Assembly (NCBI GenBank): GCA_020024325.1
Contig: JAHHTY010000001.1
Span: 39 to 64,038 of the forward strand
Length of the DNA: 64,000 nt
From: Negativibacillus sp.
Lineage (GTDB): Bacteria; Bacillota; Clostridia; Oscillospirales; Ruminococcaceae
Direction of reading: 5' to 3'
Shown here: positions 1 through 9,615 of the stretch, one piece after another
Numbering within the stretch: the first letter of the stretch is position 1
Layout: every line of letters starts with the position of its first letter
The notes under the pieces: model-generated
Seen by the model: the letters and a program-made list of their open reading frames with translations, nothing else
The model's database searches: none
Told to the model about the DNA's origin: nothing
Program-made: the position numbers and the translations under genes

Positions 1-41
1 TAATTTTTAAGGTCAAATATATATATTATAATAAAACAATA

Positions 42-100
42 GAAAAGCCTTATCAAAGACTTTTCCCTTCACTGTAGGTAATTCTTTGATAAGGCTTTTC
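42..100 (-). terminator. 18-bp perfect inverted repeat downstream of the merR gene, likely terminator
   Basis: GAAAAGCCTTATCAAAGA (42-59) and TCTTTGATAAGGCTTTTC (83-100), just past the stop at 112; the 23-nt loop is large. Confidence 0.5.
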
Positions 101-111
101 CTCGTTGCTAA

Positions 112-930
112 CTATATTTCTACTAAAACTTGAATTTCTGTTAAAAATTCCTCTTCTTTAATCGTATCACGGTTATCAATCTCATACAGTTCAAACGGTG
201 TACCACAAACTTTTATCCCATTTTTTTCGGCATATTGAAACATTTGCGATACATATTTTCCGTTTTGCTCATAATTTCCCTTATAAAAATAGGATAGATA
301 CATACCGGTTGGAAGTTCAAGATTGCACTCATCAAAATCGTCGTCTACAACAAAAAACACTGCATCATATACATTAGAAATTCCCGATTCTAGCTCCTTC
401 ATTGATAAAAAAGCACCAATGGCTTGATTCCCAAAATCGGGAATTTTTCCTTCGTATTTTCTATGTATTTTTTTCATTACAAAATCCATTTCTTCGTCCC
501 TTGTAATGTGTTCACTCAGTTGGTAACATCGCCTAGCCTTCATTTCTTTAACTATAAATTCTCCTGTTTTAATCTTTTGTGCTTTTGTAAGGCTGGTTAT
601 TCTGTCCTGAATGCGTTTTTCATTTTGAATCAGTTCCTTCATTTGCATATCAATCAACTTTTGTTGGCGATGCAAAATTTCTAATGTATTTTTAATATCC
701 TGTTTTTCTAAATACTCTTTGATTTGATTCATAGAGAAATTTAACCCTCGCAAATCTCGTATCATATTTAACTTATAGATATCTTTCAAACTATACATAC
801 GATACCCATTCCGATCTCGGTGAGGCTTTAAAATGCCCAAGCGCTCATAGTATCGAAGTGAATCAACTCCGATTCCATATATTTTTGATATTTCACTGAT
901 TTTATAGTAATCTTTCATTTCATTCTCCAT
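112..930 (-). CDS. MerR-family transcriptional regulator with C-terminal GyrI-like effector domain (BltR/BmrR type)
   Basis: N-terminal YKISEISK...LRYYERLGILKP.R..NGYRMYS MerR HTH; C-terminal YKGNYE...PFELYEID...TEIQV; the true start may be the ATG at 918. Confidence 0.9.
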   Translation of the reverse strand: MENEMKDYYKISEISKIYGIGVDSLRYYERLGILKPHRDRNGYRMYSLKDIYKLNMIRDLRGLNFSMNQIKEYLEKQDIKNTLEILHRQQKLIDMQMKELIQNEKRIQDRITSLTKAQKIKTGEFIVKEMKARRCYQLSEHITRDEEMDFVMKKIHRKYEGKIPDFGNQAIGAFLSMKELESGISNVYDAVFFVVDDDFDECNLELPTGMYLSYFYKGNYEQNGKYVSQMFQYAEKNGIKVCGTPFELYEIDNRDTIKEEEFLTEIQVLVEI

Positions 931-957
931 AATTTTATTCTTTCTCTTTTGGGCCTA

Positions 958-988
958 TTGACTCTAGTATTATACCATACTTTATCAT
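958..988 (+). promoter_or_regulatory. MerR-type promoter: TTGACT-19bp-TATCAT with AGTAT-N6-ATACT dyad in the spacer
   Basis: Read directly from sequence; an elongated spacer with an internal dyad is the hallmark of MerR-activated promoters; merR is adjacent and divergent. Confidence 0.75.
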
Positions 989-1077
989 ATAGTGGTGAGC
1001 AAGAATACAGGCGTAGAATAAAATGATTGTTACGAATGATACTACGAGGAATAATAAATAAACAGGAGGTCAAAAAC

Positions 1078-1728
1078 ATGGATCAAAATAAATTCATACA
1101 ATACACTCGAAAATTAACAGATGGTTTTACTGCTTCAAGATTAACACTTATTCTGTTAGGTACCGCAATACTGTCTTTCGGAATCTATAATATTCACCGC
1201 CCATCTCAAGTTACAGAAGGTGGTGTCCTTGGAATGATTTTGTTTCTCAATCATTGGTTTAATATTCCGTCATCTGTCATTGCACCAATCTTGGACTTGA
1301 CCTGTTACATATTTGCCTTTAAATATTTAGGAAGTTCTTTTATTAAATTCTCTATTTTTTCTAGTTTCAGCTTATCCGCATTTTTTCGTTTATGGGAGCA
1401 ATTTCCTCCAATATTACCCGATCTTTCTTCAACACCATTACTTGCTTCCATTTTTGGTGGTTTATTTGTCGGCATGGGGGTCGGTTTAATTGTTCGTCAA
1501 GGTGGTTCCAGTGGAGGTGATGATGCTTTGGCTTTAATCATCTCAAAGTTAATGAATTGGAAATTATCTCGTGCATATTTGATAACAGATTTAACGGTTC
1601 TTATTCTATCTCTTTCTTATATTCCTTTTAAGAAGATTGCTTTTTCTTTAGTTACAGTAACAATCTCCTCTTTTTTAATTGATATCATCCAAAACTTTCG
1701 TTTTTCTTCTGCTGTAAAAGAAAATTAA
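1078..1728 (+). CDS. YitT-family membrane protein
   Basis: EGGVLG and GGSSGGDD motifs; several TM segments; AGGAGG RBS before ATG 1078. Confidence 0.85.
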   Translation: MDQNKFIQYTRKLTDGFTASRLTLILLGTAILSFGIYNIHRPSQVTEGGVLGMILFLNHWFNIPSSVIAPILDLTCYIFAFKYLGSSFIKFSIFSSFSLSAFFRLWEQFPPILPDLSSTPLLASIFGGLFVGMGVGLIVRQGGSSGGDDALALIISKLMNWKLSRAYLITDLTVLILSLSYIPFKKIAFSLVTVTISSFLIDIIQNFRFSSAVKEN

Positions 1729-1776
1729 CTTAGTTTAGATATCCTGCTCTCCGATATTTACAGTTGAGCCATCTTC

Positions 1777-1820
1777 AAAACAAAAGCAGAGATTCATTTT
1801 AGAATCTCTGCTTTTGTTTT
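1777..1820. terminator. Bidirectional intrinsic terminator between convergent yitT and oppA
   Basis: AAAACAAAAGCAGAGATTC-N6-GAATCTCTGCTTTTGTTTT. Confidence 0.85.
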
Positions 1821-1824
1821 TTTC

Positions 1825-3813
1825 TTACTTTTGAGAAGCTGATTTATGTTCTTCAGCAATTTGTTTCATTTCTTCGGTTGTGTAACCATCTTTCTTTGTT
1901 TCCCAGTTTTTCATCTTTTCATTGATACTTCCATACATTGCATTCATCTTGCTGTATGGGTTAATCTTTGTCATGCACCAGGAAACATTATAGTTCAGTG
2001 GTAAAACCAAAACATGATCCAACAGATAAGCCTCTGCTTTTGCATAAGCTGCATATCTTTCGTCTAAGTCATCATGGATTGCATTTGCCTGCTCTACCAG
2101 AGAAGTATATTCTTTATATGTATCCAGCAATGCTTTGGTTTGCTCTGTTTCCTTCACATCATTGATCTTAGACTGGCTCTTAGAATAATATGCGTTATCA
2201 TATCCGTAAGTTTCCTGTCCCAGATAGTTCTGTGGGTCACCATAGTCTGCACCCCAACCATTGGTAGAAATTGAATGTAATTTAGGATCAAAAACTTCTT
2301 TTGATGCTTTAGTAACAAAAGTCTTTATATTTAATACCAAGAAATCGTCACCCAAGCTGTTAGAGAGAGTTTGTTTTAATACATTTGCACTATCTAATGC
2401 TACCTGGTTTGCACCTGAAATATAGTGATCCAAACCTACCGGGAAGGTAACTCCCTGAGCAGTCAATTCTTTCATTGCCTGTTCTTTATATTTCTTTGCT
2501 TTCTCTGCGTCCAGACGAACCATTTTTTCACCGTTCAACTCTGGCAATCCCAATTCTTCACGAACCAACTCTACATAATCTTTACCATCGGAGGTATAGA
2601 TTAAGCCTTTCATGGTGTAATAGTTGTTTTCGCAGGTCATTGGATTTAAAGCATTTGTGCGTTTAAAATATTCAGAAAGATCCCATCCATAAAACAGTGC
2701 TTTTCTGAATGCTTCATTTGCAATGGCAGTATTCCAGTTTGTATCCGGTGTACCATCTTCTTTATTTTTACTATAATTAAAGTGAATCTGGTAAGAATAT
2801 TTATCTGCCGGTTTTTCAACTAGGGACGAATACAGTTCATTGTCCTTATTAGAACTGATCGTTTTCAAGTTGCTTTCTGTTAATTCGACATAATCCACTT
2901 CACCGGTCTGATACAGCTGGAATGCAACGTCATTTGACTCTACCATTTTAATGGTAACTGTATCAAACAAATTACACTCTTTATCCCAATAAGCAGGATT
3001 TTTGGTAAACTCTTTTTCATTTCCCTGAACATAAGAAGTCATGGTGTAGCAGCCATTGTACCACATTGTTTCATTATTCATCGACTTGACACCATCAATA
3101 CCCAGTTCATCCACCATTTTTTGTGACATTGGGAATAAGCACGCATAAGTTGCTACAGAATCAAAATATGGTTTAGGTTCAATACAACGATAAACTACTG
3201 TTAAGTCATCCGGAGTTTCCACACCAACCATTTCACGGAATTTGGAACCTTCTTCTGCTGTCAGAGCATACGCTTCTTCTTTAGAAAGATTTTTTGTATA
3301 TTCGTAATATTCCCCTGCACCTTTAATCATCTCAATAGGCATAGAGGTATTAACTGAGTCATTCTTATGGAAGTTCAGTACCCACTCCAAACTGGTTGCA
3401 AAATCCTGGGATACACAATCGGCTTTTTCCTCGCCATTTAAATTTACCCATTTTACACCATCACGAAGATTGAAATTCCAAGTCAAACCGCCATCTTTTG
3501 TTTCCCATTTTTCCGCAAGTGCTGGCTTGAGGGCACCATGGCTGTCAACTTCGAGCAAACTTTCAACTAGATTGCAGAGATTTTCAAAGTCTGCCGCCAA
3601 CTGGCTATACAGAATATTAAATGTCTCCAATTCTCTTGTTGCCAACTTTGGAATAACCAAATTTTTTATTTCTTGGCTTTCCTTTTGCTCTTCTCCCTGT
3701 TTTTCAGAAGAATCGCCTGTTGTTTTTTCTTTTTCTTCACTTGTTGAGCATCCGCCAAAAATCAGCGAAAAAATCAGCATCAAACTGACTAACCCCAAAA
3801 ACCTTTTTTTCAT
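1825..3813 (-). CDS. oppA: Oligopeptide ABC transporter substrate-binding lipoprotein (family 5, OppA/AmiA/AliA-like), copy 1
   Basis: Lipobox IFGGC; PALAEKWE..DGGLTWNFNLRDGVKW; GWGADYGDPQNYL; AGGAGG RBS. Confidence 0.9.
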   Translation of the reverse strand: MKKRFLGLVSLMLIFSLIFGGCSTSEEKEKTTGDSSEKQGEEQKESQEIKNLVIPKLATRELETFNILYSQLAADFENLCNLVESLLEVDSHGALKPALAEKWETKDGGLTWNFNLRDGVKWVNLNGEEKADCVSQDFATSLEWVLNFHKNDSVNTSMPIEMIKGAGEYYEYTKNLSKEEAYALTAEEGSKFREMVGVETPDDLTVVYRCIEPKPYFDSVATYACLFPMSQKMVDELGIDGVKSMNNETMWYNGCYTMTSYVQGNEKEFTKNPAYWDKECNLFDTVTIKMVESNDVAFQLYQTGEVDYVELTESNLKTISSNKDNELYSSLVEKPADKYSYQIHFNYSKNKEDGTPDTNWNTAIANEAFRKALFYGWDLSEYFKRTNALNPMTCENNYYTMKGLIYTSDGKDYVELVREELGLPELNGEKMVRLDAEKAKKYKEQAMKELTAQGVTFPVGLDHYISGANQVALDSANVLKQTLSNSLGDDFLVLNIKTFVTKASKEVFDPKLHSISTNGWGADYGDPQNYLGQETYGYDNAYYSKSQSKINDVKETEQTKALLDTYKEYTSLVEQANAIHDDLDERYAAYAKAEAYLLDHVLVLPLNYNVSWCMTKINPYSKMNAMYGSINEKMKNWETKKDGYTTEEMKQIAEEHKSASQK

Positions 3814-3924
3814 GTACTCTCCTCCTTATTGTGACATTATAAAAATTATCAAAGGTAATTTTTACAAAAACCTTTGATTGACACCGTTTTTATTATTATA
3901 TGCTTAGTATAAAAGTTTGGTATT

Positions 3925-3953
3925 ATTGTATCATCTAAATCTTTGTATGTCAA
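3925..3953 (-). promoter_or_regulatory. sigma-A promoter of oppA copy 1
   Basis: Minus strand TTGACA-17bp-TACAAT. Confidence 0.65.
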
Positions 3954-4108
3954 TAATCAATAGTATTTTTAAACTAAATAATTTATTTTTATATCTTATG
4001 TATATTTAAGTAGATTTCATCACAAATTTATTATATTTTTATAAATACTATTTTTATTCTCAAAAATTTACCTATTATTTTATAAATTCGTTTTTATTTT
4101 TACAACAA

Positions 4109-4144
4109 AAAAATAGAGATTCCAAATTTGGAATCTCTATTTTT
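4109..4144 (-). terminator. Intrinsic terminator of oppA copy 2
   Basis: Perfect palindrome AAAAATAGAGATTCCAAATTTGGAATCTCTATTTTT just after the stop. Confidence 0.8.
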
Positions 4145-4162
4145 AGACTTATTTTATAAGGT

Positions 4163-6145
4163 TTAAGCTTTTTTTGCAGCTGCATGCTCTGATGCAAGGG
4201 TCTGTGCCTGTTCGGTTGTGTAACCGTCTTTGTTGGTTCTCCAGTTTTTCATCTTTTCATTCTGAATACCGAACATAGCATTCATTCTGCTGGTGTTGTC
4301 AATTCTGCTCAAGCACCAACCCTGCTGATAGTTTACAGGAAGAACCAGTGCATGGTCAAGCAAAAATGCCTCTGCTTTTGCATAAGCTTTATATCTTGCA
4401 TCCATGTCATCAATAATTGCATTTGCTTCTTCTACCAGTTTTGTGTACTCTTTGTAAGTATCCAACAGAGCTTTGTTTTCTGGAGTTTCTTCGGTAATTT
4501 CATTGATGTAAGAGTAGTTCTCAGAATAGTATGCTTGTGGAGTTCCGTAAGTTTCCTGTCCCAGATAGTTCTGTGGATCACCGTAGTCTGCACCCCATCC
4601 ATTATTAAGGATAGAATGGAGATGTGGCTGAATAACTTCAGAGTTTAATTTAGAAACATAGGTGTTGATGTTCAGAACAACATAGTCATCACCCAAGGAC
4701 TGAGAGAATATTTGTTTCAAAACATTTGCACCATCCAGAGCGGTCTGAGAAGATGCTGGAATATAGTGGTCTACAACAACCGGGAAAGTAACGCCCAAAG
4801 CAGACAATTCTTCCATAGCCTGTTTCTTATACTGCTCTGCTTTTTCTTTGTTCAGTCTTGCCGGTGTTTTACCGTTGATTTCCAGACCTAATTCTTTTGC
4901 TACAAGCTCGGTGTATTCTGTACCGTCAGAGGTGTAAACAAGACCTTTCATGGTGTAGAAGTTGTTTTCGCTGTTCATTGGGTTAATAGCATCGCTTCGT
5001 TTCCACAGGTCGGTCAAATCAAGACCATAGTACCAAGAACGTCTAAATGCTTCATTTGCAATAGCAGTGTTCCAGTTTGTATCTACTGTACCATCTGGTT
5101 TTTTCTTATTAAAGTTGAAATGATACTGGAAGGAGTATTTGGATGCAACACCTGGTACCATGTAATCATGGAATTCGTGTCCTTCATTCTCGCTAATTGT
5201 TTTGATATTGCTTTCTGTCAGGTCGCAGTAATCAACTTCACCGGACTGATACAGCTGGAATGCAATATCTGCGGATTCTACCATCTTGATGGTAACAGTA
5301 TCAAACAGGCTGCATTCTTTATCCCAGTACATTGGGTTTTTTTCCAGAACCTTTTCATTACCCTGAATGTAGGAGGTCATTGTGTAGCAGCCGTTATACC
5401 ACATTGTTTCATTGTTCATGGATTTAACAGCCTCTGCACCGCCCAGCTCATCAATCATACCCTGAGCCATTGGGAACAGACAAACATATGTGCCAACTGT
5501 GTCAAAATATGGAGTTGGGTTGATACAAGTGTAAACAACTGTATGGTCGTCTGGTGTTGCAATGCCAACCATTTCACGGAATTTAGAACCTTCACCTGCT
5601 GTCAATGCATAAGCTTCTTCTTTAGAAAGGCTCTTTGTATATTCGTAATATTCTTCTGCACCTTTAATCATTTCAAATGGCATAGAAGTGTTTGCAGAGT
5701 CATTCTTATGGAAGTTCAGAACCCATTCCAAACCGGTTGCAAAGTCCTGAGCTGTGCAGTCTGCTTTTTCCTGTGCATTCATATCTACCCATTTTACACC
5801 GTCACGGAGATTGAATGTCCAGGTTAAACCGCCATCTTCAGTACCCCATTTTTCTGCAATACCCGGCTGGAGCTTACCGTAACTGTCTACTTCCAGCAAA
5901 CCATCAACCAAGTTACACAGGGTTTCATGGTCTTCCAGTCTTTGACTATACAGCAGGTTAAATGTTTCAAGCTCTCTGGTTGCAAGTCTTGGGTAAACTA
6001 AATCTTTAATTTCGTCTTTATTCTGTGCGCTTGCTTCCCCAGAACCGCTCTCCCCTACTGTTTCTTCGTTAGAACCCCCACAGCCTGTCAACAGCAATGC
6101 TGCTGTTAATCCAAGTGCAAGAATTCTGCTCATTGTTTTTGTCAT
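4163..6145 (-). CDS. oppA: Oligopeptide ABC transporter substrate-binding lipoprotein (family 5), copy 2
   Basis: Lipobox LLTGC; same family-5 motifs; collinear paralog of 1825-3813. Confidence 0.9.
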   Translation of the reverse strand: MTKTMSRILALGLTAALLLTGCGGSNEETVGESGSGEASAQNKDEIKDLVYPRLATRELETFNLLYSQRLEDHETLCNLVDGLLEVDSYGKLQPGIAEKWGTEDGGLTWTFNLRDGVKWVDMNAQEKADCTAQDFATGLEWVLNFHKNDSANTSMPFEMIKGAEEYYEYTKSLSKEEAYALTAGEGSKFREMVGIATPDDHTVVYTCINPTPYFDTVGTYVCLFPMAQGMIDELGGAEAVKSMNNETMWYNGCYTMTSYIQGNEKVLEKNPMYWDKECSLFDTVTIKMVESADIAFQLYQSGEVDYCDLTESNIKTISENEGHEFHDYMVPGVASKYSFQYHFNFNKKKPDGTVDTNWNTAIANEAFRRSWYYGLDLTDLWKRSDAINPMNSENNFYTMKGLVYTSDGTEYTELVAKELGLEINGKTPARLNKEKAEQYKKQAMEELSALGVTFPVVVDHYIPASSQTALDGANVLKQIFSQSLGDDYVVLNINTYVSKLNSEVIQPHLHSILNNGWGADYGDPQNYLGQETYGTPQAYYSENYSYINEITEETPENKALLDTYKEYTKLVEEANAIIDDMDARYKAYAKAEAFLLDHALVLPVNYQQGWCLSRIDNTSRMNAMFGIQNEKMKNWRTNKDGYTTEQAQTLASEHAAAKKA

Positions 6146-6599
6146 TGAATTTTTCCTCCTTAGATATTCTCACATATTTACACGTTTATATGTAAAAATT
6201 ATATAACAAATTATTTTTTTATTTTTAACACTTCGATTACCCGTAGACCATAATATCAACATTTTATTTTTATGTCAATATTGACTAATCATTTTCTCCT
6301 TTAGATATATTTTTAGTAAAATATACTGTATATTTTGTCAAAAAAAATAACATTTGTTCTATTTAATATTCACTATAAATTATAATTTTGGTTAAAATGT
6401 ATATGTTTTTCTTTTATTCTATATAAATAGTATTTAAAATATTTCACCCTCCATTGAAATATACCAGCAAAAGTACTCATAAAATAGGTTGTTTTTGGTA
6501 ATTTTATATAAAAGTTTGTTCCATCTACCTCCTTCGTTCCAGATTTTTCCTCTCGTTTCTTGATATTTCCACATAAAACAACACATCTTTTAATTCTGT

Positions 6600-7176
6600 T
6601 CCATATCTTTAACAGGTTATCATTTAGATAATTTCCGATATATTTTCTGCTCTGTCAATTTTATATTTTCTATGCCGAAAAAGAAACTTTCTTTCTTCAT
6701 TCTTTCAGTTTTTATATTGGAACACTATATCATTAAACCGCATTTATTTTTTAACTTTTTACTAAAGCAAGCTGTATTTTATTGTAATGGAATTCCTTTC
6801 ATCAAGTAAATACAAACTTTGCGGTTTTATCGCTATACCCCTATCTTTTTTTCTTCTACAATATAGAATTTCAATATTTTCTGTATTTGCTCTTAACTGT
6901 TCATACAGTTTTTTCTACAATATTTTGCTACAATTCAAATATATTTTTGCATCTTCTACTTCTATCTGATTTCATAAAAAGACCTTCTATCTATTTTGGT
7001 GTATTCATTAAGCTGTTTCTAACCTAAATACAAAAAGTTTTTCGCTATAGATATTTTTCACATTAAAGCATTTACTCTATTGATGCAATAATAGAAGATA
7101 CTGAAAATGCTATCGGTAGTTTCTCTATCATTTTTTCTGTATATACAGAATCCTTATCTAAACATTCGTTTAGCAT
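6600..7176 (-). pseudogene. Possible heavily decayed gene (PAS/PAC-like fragments)
   Basis: RBS-like AAAGGATG followed by ATG at 7176; short interrupted frames such as MIEKLPIAF, ENIEILYCRRKKD, RKYKIDRAENISEII. Confidence 0.25.
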
Positions 7177-7213
7177 AATAACATCATCCTTTAACAAAAA
7201 TACCCTTACAGTA

Positions 7214-7255
7214 AAATAGGCAATACTGAGGCTTTTGCCTTAGTATTGCTTATTT
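7214..7255. terminator. Hairpin/terminator downstream of the anti-sigma gene
   Basis: AAATAGGCAATACTGAGGC-TTTT-GCCTTAGTATTGCTTATTT. Confidence 0.55.
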
Positions 7256-7346
7256 ATTAGAAAATCATCATTTATTGTTATAAATTAAGGATTTTGTGGA
7301 TTATGGTTCTACAAACACTCAACTTAGATTGTGTAATTTCCCTTCT

Positions 7347-8726
7347 TTATTGTAAATATAAATCTCCTCGAGTGGTTACAGAACCTTCTGTTAAGGTTGT
7401 AGTTAGAATATAATTGATTTTTCCTTGTTCAGAATAGCCCTCAATCACCTGAACATTTTCTGCTGAAAACTCCTGACCATTTACCATTGGCAGGAACGCA
7501 CCGGCTTCTACCTGTTCTTTTGTAAACCACACACTGGTTACTACAGTACAGCTGCTTGCCCCGGAACGATATAAATCGAACAATTCTCCCTGCTGAGAAA
7601 ACTGAGCTCCCTGCACCGGATTACTTAAATCGGTCAAATTATACTCTATGACACGGACCATCTGTGATTCTTCATCGGAAGTAACAGCAAACAAGTAATG
7701 ATCGCCGGTAATAATTTGTGCATCGGTCGGCAGTTGTATTGAAGCGGTTTGCTTTTGATCCTTATCATATACAACAGTCTTTCCATTCTGCGCCGAATAA
7801 GATAAGCTTCCGTTTTTTAAAGAATATTCTTGCTCATCTGCCGGCGGTTCACTATCCTCTATTGCTTCAGCCATATTTTCCGATATCCCCTGTGCCTCCA
7901 AAGCAAACTGCACAGCTTCCGAATTTTCTTCTTTTGCTGATTCTTTTTCGCTTGCTTTTTCTTGGGACAAAGCGGCTAAAATCTTTTGATGAAGTTGCTC
8001 TCTTGGTTCTGACTCTGCCTTTTTTTCAGCGTCAGGATGTTCGGCCATTCGTTCCTGTAACTTTTCTTGTTGAACAGTTTGTTCCTCCGGCTGTTTTGCC
8101 TTTTCATCTTGCTTTGGCAATTCTTGTTGTTCTGATTTTTGAAGATCTGCCTGCTGTTCAAGCTGCTGTGGTGCACTTGCTACTTTTGGAACAGCCTTCT
8201 GTTTTCCCATTAGCAGTTTACTTTCAGATTTTTGTTCTTCTTTTTCTGACATCTTTGAGTCTGAGTCCATTTCCTGTGGTGCAGCATTTTCAACTACCAT
8301 GTCTGCTGTTTTCATGGGTTCTTTCATCTTCCAATATACAGCCGACAATCCCACTGCCAGCACCAATGTGCAAGCTATTGCCCATCTATGTTTCTTTGCC
8401 CCAACCGAAACCACCTTGTTTTGCTGTTTCTGATTTATTTCTTCATTCAGTGGGAAGTCAATTCGCTTGCCCATTTTTTTCTCTTGGGCAGCTTCTTGTT
8501 GCTCTAAAAATGGTTCTTCTAAATTTGGTTCAGCAAAAATCTGGCGATCTCCCTCTCCTGCACAGATTTTATTCCAAATATTTTCTGCACTCAGGCTTTC
8601 GGGAAGCGGTGGGCAAGAAACTTTTGAAAAACAGTTTTTAAAATATTCCTGTTCCCTCAATAATTCCTCTTCTTCCTCCGGGGTTAAAGGGGTTTCATCC
8701 TCTATTATTTTCTTGTTCTCTGTCAA
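7347..8726 (-). CDS. Putative membrane-anchored anti-sigma factor with a partial C-terminal beta-propeller-like domain
   Basis: Overlaps the ECF sigma stop; single TM (WAIACTLVLAVGLSAVYW); long E/Q/K-rich linker; DLSNP...FSQQG segment resembles secreted beta-propeller proteins; TTG start. Confidence 0.6.
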   Translation of the reverse strand: MTENKKIIEDETPLTPEEEEELLREQEYFKNCFSKVSCPPLPESLSAENIWNKICAGEGDRQIFAEPNLEEPFLEQQEAAQEKKMGKRIDFPLNEEINQKQQNKVVSVGAKKHRWAIACTLVLAVGLSAVYWKMKEPMKTADMVVENAAPQEMDSDSKMSEKEEQKSESKLLMGKQKAVPKVASAPQQLEQQADLQKSEQQELPKQDEKAKQPEEQTVQQEKLQERMAEHPDAEKKAESEPREQLHQKILAALSQEKASEKESAKEENSEAVQFALEAQGISENMAEAIEDSEPPADEQEYSLKNGSLSYSAQNGKTVVYDKDQKQTASIQLPTDAQIITGDHYLFAVTSDEESQMVRVIEYNLTDLSNPVQGAQFSQQGELFDLYRSGASSCTVVTSVWFTKEQVEAGAFLPMVNGQEFSAENVQVIEGYSEQGKINYILTTTLTEGSVTTRGDLYLQ

Positions 8727-9280
8727 CTCTGCTTCCCCCCTTCCAAATATTTTTTCATCTTTTTAAAAGCCCGAAACAGCTTGGAACTTACTGTTCCTTG
8801 TGGGCTCTCCATAATGGATGCTATCTCTTTTGCTGTATACCCTTCCACAACCGATAAAGTTACAATTTGACGTTCCTCGCTGCTCAAGTTTTGTAGTGCC
8901 CTCAGTAAATCTGTCCGAGTTAAAACTCCCTCTGCAAATTCTCCCTGTTCACCGGGAAGATGGAGCATCTGGTCAATATCCATCTCGTTACGAGCACGTA
9001 CATACTCCCTGATTTTTCGATTACACCTCGCGGATAAAATTCGGTAAATCCACGGAATGAACGCTTGAGGTTCTCTCAGTGATGCTAAACCTCTGTAGGC
9101 TTCGATAAATGTTTCCGAAACCACATCTTCCGCATCGTGACTGTTTCCAAGGGTGTACAATGCGGTACGGTACAATGAAGGGGCTACTGCTTCATAAAGC
9201 CTTGTAAAGCCCTCCTGACCTCCCTTCTGGGCATCCAGCACCAAAGCTGTGTCTAATTTCACCTCTACACCACCCATCAT
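8723..9280 (-). CDS. ECF-type RNA polymerase sigma-70 factor
   Basis: DAEDVVSETFIEAYRGL (region 2), WIYRI, LSSEERQIVTL...EIASIM..PQGTVSSKLFRA (region 4); start uncertain (ATG 9280 or GTG 9262). Confidence 0.92.
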   Translation of the reverse strand: MMGGVEVKLDTALVLDAQKGGQEGFTRLYEAVAPSLYRTALYTLGNSHDAEDVVSETFIEAYRGLASLREPQAFIPWIYRILSARCNRKIREYVRARNEMDIDQMLHLPGEQGEFAEGVLTRTDLLRALQNLSSEERQIVTLSVVEGYTAKEIASIMESPQGTVSSKLFRAFKKMKKYLEGGKQS

Positions 9281-9615
9281 AAAATTAGTGTCCCACAAAC
9301 GCAGATTTATTGCGTTTGCAGAAAAGTTTTTTGTGATATTTCCGATTATTTTTCAATGAATGAAAATACAAAATCGCTCGTTCTTGCAAGCTAAATCACT
9401 CGCCAAATGTAAAACTATTATAATATATTTTCTTATGAAAAACAACCGCTTCCCCCAATTTCTCCCAGTTTAAAAAACAAAAAGCAGCCTGCTTACAAAG
9501 CGGCTGCTCAAAATTATACCCTAATTATAAACTGAAAAGTGAATAAAGCATCATGCTCTTGCATAGTTACTAAAATTGCAAAAAAGATTCATTAAATTCT
9601 TACTTAAAAGAAAAC

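Noticed and set aside
7718..8641. 307-aa plus-strand ORF (and similar ones at 5120-5827, 37796-38539, 38778-39461, 51544-52203, 58678-59310)
   Set aside because: Antisense to well-supported genes, with typical shadow-ORF composition
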